A DNA stretch of 59,937 nt, filler included, from Sluysia triapertura (taxonomy: Eukaryota), in NCBI GenBank assembly GCA_046118255.1. It is 4 parts of 4 records of this genome, joined end to end, with 100 filler letters (N's around TTAATTAATTAA, not from the genome) between each part and the next. Parts side by side here need not be neighbours in the genome. Positions count along the whole stretch, not along the records: positions 38,122 to 59,937 come from JBJNIA010243990.1; 3 more parts are not named here. One strand, given 5' to 3'. Made by a program: the position numbers and the translations under genes. Below, in pieces: positions 40,823 through 53,300 of the stretch (position 1 is its first letter; every line of letters starts with the position of its first letter). A model generated the notes under the pieces. That model was not told the DNA's origin. It saw nothing but the letters and a program-made list of their open reading frames with translations, and searched no databases.

Positions 40823-43800
40823 AAATTAGTTGAATTATCGGTTATATGCTTAAAAGTATTAACAATTATATGCCGAGATTGTTAATACTTTTATTACGTA
40901 TTTTATCAGCGTGTCTTTACGACGAAAGCCTTTAATTAAATTGAAAAGAAACAAAACGATCTTAAGGCTCTTAAATTTTAATAAGTAATAAACCAAATGA
41001 ATCATGATAAGACTTAGGTTCTTTTGTTACTACAACCTTTATAACTTTTAAAATGAAAGTGCGCACGTTTATCTTTTTCAAAGACTCCATTAGAAAAATA
41101 TAAGAATTCAAATTTTATTGTGACAAAGAGAAAAATTTTATATAACATATGTGTAAATATAGTATTGTTTTTATGAATTGAGCTTAGAAAGTGATATTCT
41201 AAAAGTTTTCCGATCAAAGTTCGATAATATCGAGCAAATGTAGACATCTTATTATTGATAGTATTTCAGTTTCATGTAGAACTAGACTGTATATCTAAAC
41301 TATACATATTTGCATCAATATTTAATTCTAAGTAGTTTTGAAACTTTGATTATATTTAACTCAATAACGTAAATAACTTTATCCTTAGAACAATAAAATT
41401 TAAAGTGTATGTATTTTTATCTTCTATTCCAAAAATACGTATCTCTACATTTAACACATAAATTTTGAGCACGTATCTTTTACTTTAAAATTATTTAAAT
41501 TCAGAACATATATGTATCTTTAGCTTTAAACATATCATATGTAAAATCGTTAAAATCAACATTGTAATTAGTTTATTGTATATATATCACAGCAGCGAAA
41601 ACGTCGATCCTTTTTTACTAACCAAAATATTTCAAAATGACAATATTGAAATAACTGATTATACTATTTTCCTAACTTTTTTGAGCATACATAGAAGATT
41701 CTACACTATCTCCCTGTTTAACAAATGACATCTTAAATATATCGTAGATTATCACATAATTTTAGAATCATTTTTTGAATATAAAATGAACTAAGTACAA
41801 ACAATTCGATTATCTTTAAAGTATTTTTATTGCTGTAATTTTGAATATACAATAGTTGGAAAGCGGCATCACAAAAACGATCATTACCCTAATTAACATA
41901 GAAAGTTACCCCAAATTTTTTTGACACTTTCCATTAGATTAACATTTTACTTTTTTTTGTAAAAATAGTAATACATTAAAATAGTAAGAGTAGATAAAAT
42001 TAAATTAATGATAATAATAAAGACAGACAATAAAATACTAAAATTTATACTAAGAATGATAAAATTAATAATAAAAGCGATAATAAAAATGTAATGTATT
42101 AAAAAATTAAATTTTAATAATTGATTTAACTTTGAAATTTTTAATATAAGGAAGTTATTTAAAGTGAAAGTGTAAGGGTGAAGATGGATGAATAAATAAT
42201 TAAATGAATTAAAATTGTTTGTGCACTATATTTAAAAATTATATTATTGTGTTCAAAGTGAAGAATTATGGTTTTGAATCGCCACAGTGTTTGCGTGTGT
42301 GCGATATTCCTTTGTTAATTAAAGAAGTCGTTGCACAGTTAATTATTTGATACCAGCTTTCCTTAAAAAAACGGCACAGTTTCGCTATGTCCAAATAAAT
42401 CAATTGACTAGTTCGAAATTTGATCTAAATGATCTAAATTTGCGTGCAACCTTTTATGACCTCTTGATATTTGTTAGAGTATCCATCCATCCAACTGTAA
42501 CGATCTCTAATTGTTTTAGTTTTATTATTGTCTTTAAATTTTATTTGTGATCACTATTCAGTGCAACATTTCAAAAAAAATTCAAGCAAAAAATTCAACG
42601 TAGATGATGTTTGCTCAGTTAAATACTCATCGAATGTTTTAATCCATTCAGGATCATGATGGCTACGAGGAACGATAAATTTTTTAGATATGACTTCGTA
42701 CGTGGTCCAAATACCATCATCAATATCCTTAAAACTCAAAGTTTTTAATAAATTAAGAGTATCAATGGGATGATATGATATGTTTAATCTTAATCAATTT
42801 TTGGTCATCTTGTAAACAATGTTTTGTAAATGTTCTTTTATTTATTAAAAAATTTAATATAAACTGAAATTATTCAATATTATTTGCTTGAATATCTTGC
42901 AATGCTTTACAAAGTAATTCAAAATTATTTAGCAGCTTTATAAATGTTTTCTATCACCAATACTTTTTAATTCATTTCTACTTTATTCAAAATTTTATTG
43001 AATAAAAATTTGATTAAATTTAAAGCCGGCTGAAAGCCCAGAAAAACACGTAAATCTGATTTTTTAGGGACGTATGAACCAAAAATAATTAAATAAAAAA
43101 TTACAAACATTAATTTCGTAACACTAAGAACACAATTTAAATCTAACAATAAAGTAGAAAATTTTTTTTAATCGCTTTCCCGCAATATATTGTTTGTCGT
43201 TCGATTTCTTCGAATTCATTGTTCATATTGTATGGTTTAACAAAGCTCAATAGGACCATTTTAGACCGGGTTCTGGTTGTTAATAATTGTCTTAAAGCAT
43301 TAATCCATGTCTGAGATAAATCATCTAACATCCAATTTATTGAAATATTATTTTGACAGAACATGTAAATAAATATTATTAATGGATTACAGAGGATCTA
43401 CGATTGCCTAAATTCATTTTAGCAAATAAACCACCAATTGAATTATCAATTGTTCTAGGAATATTGTTTGATATTTTATTATCATCTAAACACAAATTAT
43501 CTGGGGTTTAATCTAAATCCTTATTGAATCTCATCACATTTAGTACAAGATTAGTCATCCTTTGAAGGTATAAATGGAATTACCAAATTTACTTTGCCTA
43601 ATTAGTTTATTGAATTAATTTTTTTACCATAACAATAATTATAATCATAATAATAATAAAGTTATATTAATTGTGGTAAGAAAAATAATTGTTTTTCTGA
43701 CGTGACTATTTTATACTGTAATATAATTTATTATTGCTGCTGTTAAAATGTCACAATTAGTAAACGTAGATGTTAATAAAATGAAATAAAAGTAACTACG

Positions 43801-45104
43801 ATAAATTAAACAATGTTAATAAACTAGGAATAGAATAATAATAAAATAACAGTAATATAATAACAATAATTTTAATAACATTAAATTTTAGATTGTAGTT
43901 GTAAGTAATGTTAACTTTAGTGTTATTGTCATTATAATACTTGTGAAAATATGATGAGTTTTGCATTGTTGTGTTGTGTGACCAGTGTTTTTGTCTTATG
44001 TATGTTATTTGTTGATTTTTGATAAATGTGTTAAGTTGAATAGAAGCTTATTTCAAATTTTGTTTATGATAATTATGTTTTGCTGTTGAGTTCACTACAA
44101 TGATCATTAAGTAATGAGCTTATTAATGGAAGAAAACTAAGATGCGTATATTTTGTTAAAAAGTTACATTATGTTACTTAGAGTAAGAAGACATGTTTTG
44201 TTTTAATATATTTTATTTAGGTAAAATTTAAAAATATGAATGAAATTGAATTTAGATCTCAGTTAAAGATTTTTGTACCACAAGGAAGTTAAAGAAAATA
44301 AATAGTTCAAAAATTAAGCAATGCGTACAAAAATGAATTTCTATTCGCATGCAACTCTTAAGATGTTTATAATAGTGACTATATACAGGAGAGTATTGAT
44401 GGTCTCTGTTCTTTGGAACCAAAATGATAGTATACCACTAAATTTGTGGAAAAATTGCAAAAATGAAACGAACCCTAAAAATCATTTTTATTTTCATGAT
44501 AATTTTTTGTTTATGTTAGAATTACCACGTGCGGAAGATACAATATTAAGAACCAAAATCAAAATTATTTTCATAAATTTTATTTAGTGTAGTTAATTTA
44601 TTTTATTAAATATTGTTCACGTTAATGCTTAGAATTGTCAAGGGTATATAAAATTAGAATTTATATACTCTAATTTAATAAATTTAAATAGTAAATTTAA
44701 TATAAAAAGCAAAATAATGTTTAAATTATTGAAATATTGTAATATTTATTTTTTTTAAATTATAATAATTATTTTTAATTTTCTAATTTTATTTTTACAA
44801 AGAATTTAATAAAAAGCCTCGCTGAATTTGCGTGCAATACAAATTTTCCCGATATCAACATGGAAGCTATTCGTTTATTACGTCTTTGCGCACGATATGT
44901 TGATGAACAAGGTTATTTATTTCGAGAAATCACAACTTGTGCTAATTCTAGTAATACTTCAATTTCTGATATATCTATCATAACCGATTCACAAACTCCA
45001 TCAGCACGTCACTCAAGTTTATCGGAATCTTTAGATGAAGAGGATAGAATATGGTTACGGGGATGGATGCCGGTTTTTTGTGAACTATATGGTATTATAA
45101 ATAG
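38122..45104 (+). CDS. ARFGEF1: Brefeldin A-inhibited ARF-GEF (BIG1/2, Sec7), partial; exons <38122-38341, 38915-39179, 44803-45104
   Basis: [36 protein letters not shown]|PF; [17 protein letters not shown]; [23 protein letters not shown]; GT-AG sites phase-consistent. Confidence 0.93.
38540..38630 (+). mobile_element. Tc1/mariner-superfamily transposase fragment (FSDE..F.L.G..NRHN type)
   Basis: [24 protein letters not shown]. Confidence 0.7.
39761..39980. mobile_element. piggyBac-like MITE
   Basis: TTAA|CCTGTTAACCGGG ... CCCGGTTAACAGG|TTAA. Confidence 0.85.
40772..40818. repeat. (TA)n(TG)n microsatellite
   Basis: Direct read. Confidence 0.95.
41351..44099 (-). mobile_element. Candidate older TG...CA TIR element carrying alpha-mannosidase cargo
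   Basis: Right end GTTGAGTTCACTACA after a G/T-rich arm; degenerate left end TATATTTAACTCAATAAC; flanks TTGAT / ATGAT (4/5). Confidence 0.4.
42320..42790 (-). pseudogene. Golgi alpha-mannosidase II (GH38) N-terminal fragment in an ARFGEF intron
   Basis: FKDIDDGIW (FDNPDGGVW), [18 protein letters not shown] (VVPHSHNDPGWLKTF), [22 protein letters not shown]; deletions and stops. Confidence 0.88.
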
Positions 45105-45696
45105 GTTATTATAATTAAATTAAATATCTACATTATTTACTTTTAATTCTCTTAAAATTTAGATTTAAATCAATAACTTCTAATTATTCAAATTGTCTTG
45201 CTATTTTATTTATTGAATTTAAAACCTTAACATAATCAGTGTCTGTTTAAAAATCGTAGTTTTAACTCGTTTCTGATATACGTAATAGAAGTATAAATAA
45301 AATTTGAATTCTCTTTCAAAGTTTCAGATTGAAACAAAAAATTTAGCGAAGTTCTATTCCAAAAAAGTAAACAAAATTTTGGCAATACAAATTGATTCCT
45401 AATTTTTTAATATTCATATTATAAATGTTTTTGATAAAAGATTGAATTAGCATTTTAATAAGGATATTGTACTTAATCTAAAATATTTCAAAGCAATCAA
45501 AATTTTCTCGATAAATCGAATCCCAAACAATTTGAAATCTTCTTAAAATCTTCTTTCGAGCAATGTCTATAAACATGTCAAAAAATTTGTAAGTTTCCAC
45601 TGAAAAATATCACAGACAATATTTATTTGCTTATATTCTATTTATTTCTTCATGATCAGTTTTGCTCTGGAATAAAATACACACACACACACACAC

Positions 45697-46111
45697 ACCA
45701 GATTTTTAGTTTGGCAAAGCGGGACAACTCTGAAGGAGGGGAAAGTATCAACAAAAATTTTCATACAGAATAAAAATAATATCGTAATATTTTTTTATTT
45801 TTAACATAGGACTTACCTTAATTTTCTGTGGTAAGTAGCAGATTTGTAATATTTATTTGTTTAATTAGCTTGTTAGCACGCAGTACGAACACGAAGTGTA
45901 CCATCTGAGACAAATACAATGTAACTTGGTATCAAAAGCAATATGTTAGTCGTAGCCCGTAGGATTCTTAGAACGCAAAATAATGATTTTCAAAAATATA
46001 AAATTTAACTTAATTCTAAAAGTCAGGACTTTTGAAAAACGTCGCGGGACCCGGGACAAATTGTGAAAAATCGGGATTGTCCCGCTAAAAGCGGGTCGTC
46101 TGGTCACCTTA
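45697..46111. mobile_element. hAT-type MITE (TAGGGTGACCA-like ends)
   Basis: Right end CGTCTGGTCACCTTA, repeated CGGGAC subterminal motifs; left end eroded next to an (AC)n run. Confidence 0.6.
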
Positions 46112-46680
46112 TATTTATTACTAATTATATAAGTTTACTAATTTGTAAACTTATAAATCATAAGTATAAAATATATTTTCATCTAAATCTAAAAATATCT
46201 TAGTAATCTCAAAATAAACATTATAAAATCAAAAATAAATGTAAAACAAAAATAACAGCGATTTTTATTAAATTGGAAATGAATAAATGAATACTAACAA
46301 CACAAACAAACAAATAATTTCAAAATACATACATAATAAAAATCATGACAGAAATTGGCCATATAATTTTTCAGGATTACTCCCATATATTTAAACGACG
46401 CAATCATTGCAGAAACTAATTTAAGTTCATTCATATTATCATTAATAATAAATTACTTTGAAAATCATTAAACCAACTAGACGTAAAATAAACAATCACC
46501 AAATAAAGCTAAACATGCACCATATAAGGCAAACCCAGAGTCACGAAAACCCATTACCTAAAAAACCAAACAATAACGTACAAAAGAGATTGAAAAATGT
46601 CGATTAAAAATACAGAATGAAAAAAGCAGGATTCATATTTGACAAATAGAAAGTTGTGTTAGTCATAATATTGTTATATT

Positions 46681-47039
46681 TGTTAGACTTCATAAAATGG
46701 ACTGACCGGAATCGAACCCGGGTCCTCTCGCTGTGCAGTTCGATGGAATTCCTAGAAGAATTCGGACGTTTAGTCAAATGAAAGAGAGCAATAATGGGTC
46801 TGTGATGCCTTTAGATATCCGGGGCCTCGCACGCGCTACAATGGCAGTACCTGCGAGTTTATTTCCCAGTCTAAGAAGGTTGGGTAATCTGCTAATTGCT
46901 GAAATATCAGGAGGAATTCTTAATAAGTGCAAGTCACTAACTTGTGCTAATTACGTCCCTCCCATTTTACACATTGCCCGTCGGTATGATTTACTGAGAT
47001 TGTTGAATCTACCCATTGAGCTATCAGTCCCGTCTAACA
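46681..47039 (-). mobile_element. tRNA-like repeat unit split by a 262-bp insertion
   Basis: Minus strand: TGTTAGACGGGACTGATAGCTCAATGGGTAGA [insert] CATCGAACTGCACAGCGAGAGGACCCGGGTTCGATTCCGGTCAGTCCATTTTATGAAGTCTAACA. Confidence 0.88.
46746..47007 (+). pseudogene. Degenerate 18S rRNA 3'-region fragment
   Basis: GCAATAATGGGTCTGTGATGCCTTTAGATATCCGGGG..CACGCGCTACA, GAGGAATTC..TAAGTGC, GTCCCTCCCATTTTACACATTGCCCGTCG match conserved SSU rRNA blocks in order. Confidence 0.9.
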
Positions 47040-47399
47040 ATTTTAGATTATTATAGTCAATTATACTTTAGGCCCGTACCGTAACATATTGCAATAAAAA
47101 TTGTCGTAATTGGGAAGTTCTTAGTACTTTTAAATACAGAATATAATTCAAATTTCATAAAAAATAATTCACTTTACGAGAACAAGACTGTATGAAACTT
47201 AAAACTCTAAAGCGAAATTCAAAAACTCAACAAAAAGTAGATGATTTCATAGCAATTTTCCAAGATACACTAACACTCATTAATCTAGTGATTTTAAAGA
47301 TATTTTGATTGTGCATTTTTAGAGTGTGTGATATTTAATATTAATTTCATATTTTTGACAATAGCATGCACAATATCTTTTTTATGTTTCTTATGTTCC

Positions 47400-47760
47400 T
47401 GTCAATGCCTCATGAAGTCGTAACTTGTCTGTGATTGCAGCCATGAGCAAGTGTGGTATGATTTATCATAAGATCTTCAATTCTGCACTGAATTAAGAAC
47501 TGTTCAAAGAGGCACTGATGGAAATAAAGAATGGATGTAAAATAAAAGAAATTTATGATCTTATATTCATCCTTGATAATTATCTGAAACAATTAGTTCC
47601 TTATTCCCCTTCCTAAACCCTATAGAACAATTATTCTCTGTTTGGAAAAACTACGTTCTTCTAAAAATGAAAATGAACTCAAATGGATTTAGCCAGGTAA
47701 CGGACCTTCATTGTGATGCTTCACTTAGAAAAATGTTGAAGCAAAAATATGTTATATAAT
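47400..47760 (+). mobile_element. IS630/Tc1-type (DDE) transposase remnant
   Basis: SRNLSVIAAMS, FILDN, YSPFLNPIEQLFSVWK. Confidence 0.85.
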
Positions 47761-48271
47761 TGTTTGTTTTTAAATGGTTTTTAATTCATAAATTTATTAA
47801 ATCCATTTGATTGAAGAAACATCCACTTTGAATGAAAACATATCCATTTGATTGGAAAATCTGAAAATTTCATCCTTAAAAAACTATTTTATCCTTAATT
47901 TGATATTCTAATCCACTTCGATTGAAAAACGATCCATTTAGGTTGGAAAATTCTATAAATTACATCTGTCTGAATGACTTTTGGATGCTTCTTTGTTTTC
48001 AACCGTAAGTATAAACCATCAAAAGGTACAACTTACAATCATTTCAGTATAGGTAGATAAAGAACATTTTAAATGCCTAGTTTTGAATGAATTTGTAATT
48101 AATTTTCATGATTCATATAGGATTATCAAGTTTTTCGTTCTGCAAGAATTAAGTACATAAACGCGAAACATAAAAATATGGTCACTTTCTTTCTTTTTCT
48201 GTTGCAGTAGAAATTCAATGCTTTATTAAATTAAAATTAGTGAAAAATCTTAAATTAAACACTAACATTAA

Positions 48272-50279
48272 CTACCATACATAATTCATGAATCTGCGAG
48301 TGTATTCAACCGCTATAAACAGAGCAGCTGTAGCTGGAATAGTACGAATAACTGTTGGACTCAGACCATTGTATAACTTAAAGAAACCTTCTGATTGCAC
48401 AATATGGTACAACATTCTTACCATTGACATACGATGTTGGCTTTTTGTATCTATATTGTTTTATATTTTATTATTATTAATATTATTATTACTATTACTA
48501 TTATCATTATCATTATTATTACAAAATATAAAACATTATGAAATATAAAAATAATCTCCGGAAACAAATAAGATACAAAACTTTGACAAAACAAAAGTTG
48601 CCGAAATATTTATATAAACTGCGATCAGTTGATTCTCAGCATCAAATAACCACTCACCTCGTTAAAAAATGGAATAAGTTTTCATTATAGCTGCTAAACA
48701 CTTGATCAACAGCATTCTAATGGCCTTATATCTAGTCTTAATTACTCCAAAAATTCAGCTCGGCTGTATAAGGTGGAAGGAATTTATAAGCAATTCCATT
48801 GGACGTCAAGAGACTCTAAACATATTGCCGATGGTGGAATCGGCAGTAACGGTGAATATTGAAGAATGAGTGTAGTTTGAAGTGCTTGAACTGATCTCGT
48901 TTACCATTTCATGGCAGACAACACTTTGACAGCTAGTAGCACATATTAGGCTTTGTGCTTTATTGGCAAGGAATTGTACAAAAGCCTTTGTACTCCTTGG
49001 AGAATATCCATATGATTGAGAAGTATGAATATTAAAGCCAGTTTCATCAAGAATTATTAATTTCTCGATTGGGAAATTAAGAATATCCCTGTAGTGTAAC
49101 GGAAATCCACTGATAATAGATGCGATTTTGGCTCTTATCTCAGCCTTTCCGGTAGGTTTCCTTCATAATGAGAGAGACCCTTATACATCTTCATGGCTAA
49201 ATACTTTTCACAAGAAATAGAAATGTTCAGAAATGCAGCAATGGACTTGTTGTTGCCTGCCTCTAGTTGACTATTTACAACTTTCAACAGTTGAGTAGTC
49301 ACAGTCGTACGTGACTTCATTGCATTATTCTCTTCTTTTTATCACAATAAACGTTTTGTATTTGGTAATCAAAAGTTTTATATTTTGTAAAAACAATATA
49401 TTATTACTCTTAACATCACCAAACTGCAAACAGATTATAAATAATAAATGAAAATGGTAGCACAATAATAATTACAAATTTCACACAATTTATCGATGCA
49501 TAATAATTAATCGTGTATGGATTGAGTACTATTACTGAAAAAAATTAAAACTACTTATTATTTCTTACTCTAATTTTAAATTAGACTTATTATCCACTAA
49601 AAATTGACAACTTCTACTTCAAAATTGTTCGCAAATTCTCTTACAATCATTCTGATTTAATTCTGTAATCGACAAATTTGTAATTTCTCATTCAGAAAGT
49701 GACGGATTAGTGGAACGTATTAATCATATATTAATGCAGATGTTGTCAGCTTTCACAAATGATCATCAAACTGACTGGGATGAATTTATAGAACCTTCTT
49801 TATTCACATGCAAACATGTCATTCATGAATCACCTTTGCCAATATGTGGAACAAACTAATTGTGCAAGAAATATTGATAAAAGCAAAACCAAGAATCTTA
49901 TAAAAAATATTATGATAGTAAAGTTAAACCTATTGCTTTTCGAAGATCAAGTAGGAAATTATATAAACCATGTTTAATATATTTTAGAACAAAATCCAAA
50001 AAATTGTGGCACATACAATATAAGAAATAGCATCGAAAAATCGAAAATTAGCAGAAAATTCTTGGAATAAAATTTGATAGTAATGATTATTATGAATTAC
50101 GCCGATGTGAGTATAATGGCGACAGTTTGATTGACTTGATATTTGACACACTAGTTTCGAACATAGAGGTAACTCCAACTTTAAAAGTACAAAATCCAAA
50201 TGAATTTGCCATTATTTGAAACTAATTTAGCTTATTTTGAAAAAATTTCAACAAGCTCTATTCTGTGTTAATTTGAATC

Positions 50280-50347
<68 letters not shown>

Positions 50348-53300
50348 TGTACTGTTGCAATAAAATAAAATATTTCATTTTAGAGAGTTAAATTATTCAC
50401 CATGACTATCAACGCTGAATAAAGGTGAGTGCCCGAGTTGCCAATAAAAAAATAAAATATTTTTTTAGATTTTATAAATTAAAATCGATCATTTTTCATG
50501 AAACATCGATTTTTTAGCAAGCAATAAATTTCTTTCTTTAATAAAACCAAATAAAAGTCACAACGCTAATTATTTTAATATTGTAAACTGTTTACAAACT
50601 GATTTTCAAAAAAATTAATTTAATTAACTGTTATTGAATTTTTAACAAATAGCATTACAAAAAATCTTGTATGTCTTGCTCCTTCGAGAGCTCGAACTTC
50701 AAATGCGCCCATCATGTTATTCTATATGTTGTATCGCTTGTAAATAAATAACTATTGTATTATGTTTGTTAAATAAATTAATTTTTTACACAGTTCTTTA
50801 TTTTGTAATTTTGACTTTTTGCCTTTTTTTACTATTTCTATTAATTCGCAGTAAATTTGTATATTTCGTATGAAAAAGCGCCAAATTTTGTTTTGCCCGG
50901 CCCTGAAGACAGTATCACGAATTATATTTACATTTTGAACCAATCAGAGTTAATAAATTATGCAGAAATTATTGTAATACTTACTGTGGAAATATTTCTA
51001 TTCAAGTGATGGATTTTATTAACATTTAATAAATTAACTAATAAATTTATTAGTTAACTAATTTAATTTATAATTAACTAATTTAACATCTAATAAATCA
51101 ACTATATTATTTTCTATTAGAACTAATATATTTGAGTTATGTAAAAAGCAAGATTAAAGACCATTCAACTCCTCATTAGGTTTCCCCTTCTTACAAAGAT
51201 GGTCTTGTCATCCAATACTTGACATACACTTGATTCCAGCCATCTTCAGTTAAATGTTGGTATTGCTTAACCCATGCCAACCTTTTATTGATGTCAACTT
51301 TGGCTTTCTTCTGGGTCGTTTCGTTCCTAAACCATTACCTACGAGTCTCCTTCTGACGTCCTGACACTAACTGCTTCTGCTTTATGATTCATCGTAGAAA
51401 GTTTCACCAAATACCTATCATTTCGCGCGATTTAGAACATAGCTATATTATGTATCGCATTTGTATATTATACATAATATTTCTTATATATTAAATATTA
51501 AGAAAAGCAAAGAAAACATGTTTTTCCTGTTTTAGTCTAATAATTTGGTCACTAATTTAGACAAATAATTATAGATAACTGCTACTATTGTTATCTGGAA
51601 CTGGACTATCATCAACGTTTTACGTATATCATAATAGTATTTAAAAACTCACTTTAAAATAATACATGATTTAATTAAAAATTATTTGTGGTAACGCATG
51701 AGACAAAATTAATCTAAATTTAAATATTACTTTCTCTTGGAATTCATGAAGTAAATTGTCTGTACGTTGAATAGAATCTTGAATCATATCAATGCTGCCT
51801 CAGAATCAGCACAAAAAATTGACAAATATCAAAATAAATTAGGAGAATTTGTTGCAGTAAAAAGGCCTAAGGTGCCATTTGGTAAAAATTGACTATAAAA
51901 TAAAATTGTTAGACGGGGCTGATAACTCAGTGGTAGAGCATTCGAACAGCGCACGAGAGGTCCCGAGTTCGACCCCCGGTCAGTCCACTTTATGAAGTCT
52001 AACAAATTCACCGAGAATTTAACAGTCTTAATAAGCGGTTTCATGTACCACACAAATTATTGTAAACATTTAATGTTTTCACATTATTATTATAATTATA
52101 ATAATTATTATTATTTTCATACTTATTATCATTATTATAATCATTATTATAATCATTATTATAATTATTAGGATCATTATTATCATACTTATTATTATCA
52201 TTATTGTAATCATTATTATAATTATTAGTATCCTTATCATACTTATTATTATCATTATTATTATTCATTATTATAATTATTAGTATCCTTATTATCATAC
52301 TTATTATTATCATTATTATAATTATTAGTTTCCTTATTATCATACTTATTATTATCATTATTATAATCATTATTATAATTATTAGTATCATACTTATTAT
52401 TATCATTATTATAATCATTATTATAATTATTAGTATCCTTATTATCATACTTATTATTATCATTATTATAATTATTAGTATCCTTATTATCACACTTATT
52501 ATTATCATTATTATAATCATTGTTCTACTGTAACATCACCAGCACAAACTGCGCTAGGTAAAATTCCTGTCAGAACTATACAAAGACTTTATCAAGAAAA
52601 TAACACCCAGTCGAGCATATAAATGTAAAAGTTTGTTCATGTAGTACGTACACTTATTTGTTCTAATAAGTTTACTAAACTTTTTATCATTTATCATTTA
52701 TCCATGCAGTAATTCTATCACCAATTTAACACCAACCAGCAGATCCTGCACATATTTGCACTCTGGATTTGATTAAATCAAAAGGAAATATTGCTGTCCA
52801 CAGTGCCGTACCAGCCACGGCTCCACAAGCTCCCGTTTCAACCCAAGACAAATCGGAACGATTTTGATAGTTGGACCATCTCATAAAACCCCATACACTC
52901 AATTCATAGGCACCGAAAAAACAAAAGTATCCTGGAATTTCTCTTGCGAACGTTGGAAGTAATCCGTGAAAGAATCCTCGAAGTCCTTCCTTCTTGAAAA
53001 TGTCACTGCAAATTCGCACTGGACCACTATAATTATAATAATTACATAAGACAATTAAATAAGCTAAAATTTTTATAACACCAATACTAATAGTGTAGTT
53101 TTGCATTATTAAAAGCACAGTGGTGGCCAAAATATTACACGAAAAACCATTTTTATGATAAAGTTCAACATTTTTCAAGGATACTATAAAACTATTAATC
53201 AAAAGTGTATAAATACATTGTCACGGAAAATAACTACTTTCTCCAACAAATTCTGGAGAAATAATAGATAAAAATACTGAGATCCAAATACAGAAATTTT

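Noticed and set aside
41014-41290. Possible protein kinase relic ([15 protein letters not shown])
   Set aside because: Catalytic HRD/DFG motifs not recognisable
46733-47056. 107-aa ORF MQFDGIPRR...
   Set aside because: Chance ORF through the 18S fragment and tRNA-like repeat
47800-47950. Spaced ATCCAYTT.GA.TG.AA repeats resembling a CRISPR array
   Set aside because: Short degenerate units with irregular spacing in eukaryotic DNA, no cas genes; ordinary minisatellite or transposon subterminal repeats
48288-48548. 86-aa plus-strand ORF
   Set aside because: Antisense shadow of the last SLC25A15 exon plus a TTA repeat
15357-52004. tRNA-like units as functional tRNA genes
   Set aside because: Anticodon stems do not pair and the copies diverge with indels
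52041-52520. Ile/Asn-rich 159-aa ORF (likewise 7922-8221, 8001-8258, 24109-24423, 1209-1391)
   Set aside because: Translations of ATT/AAT-type low-complexity repeats
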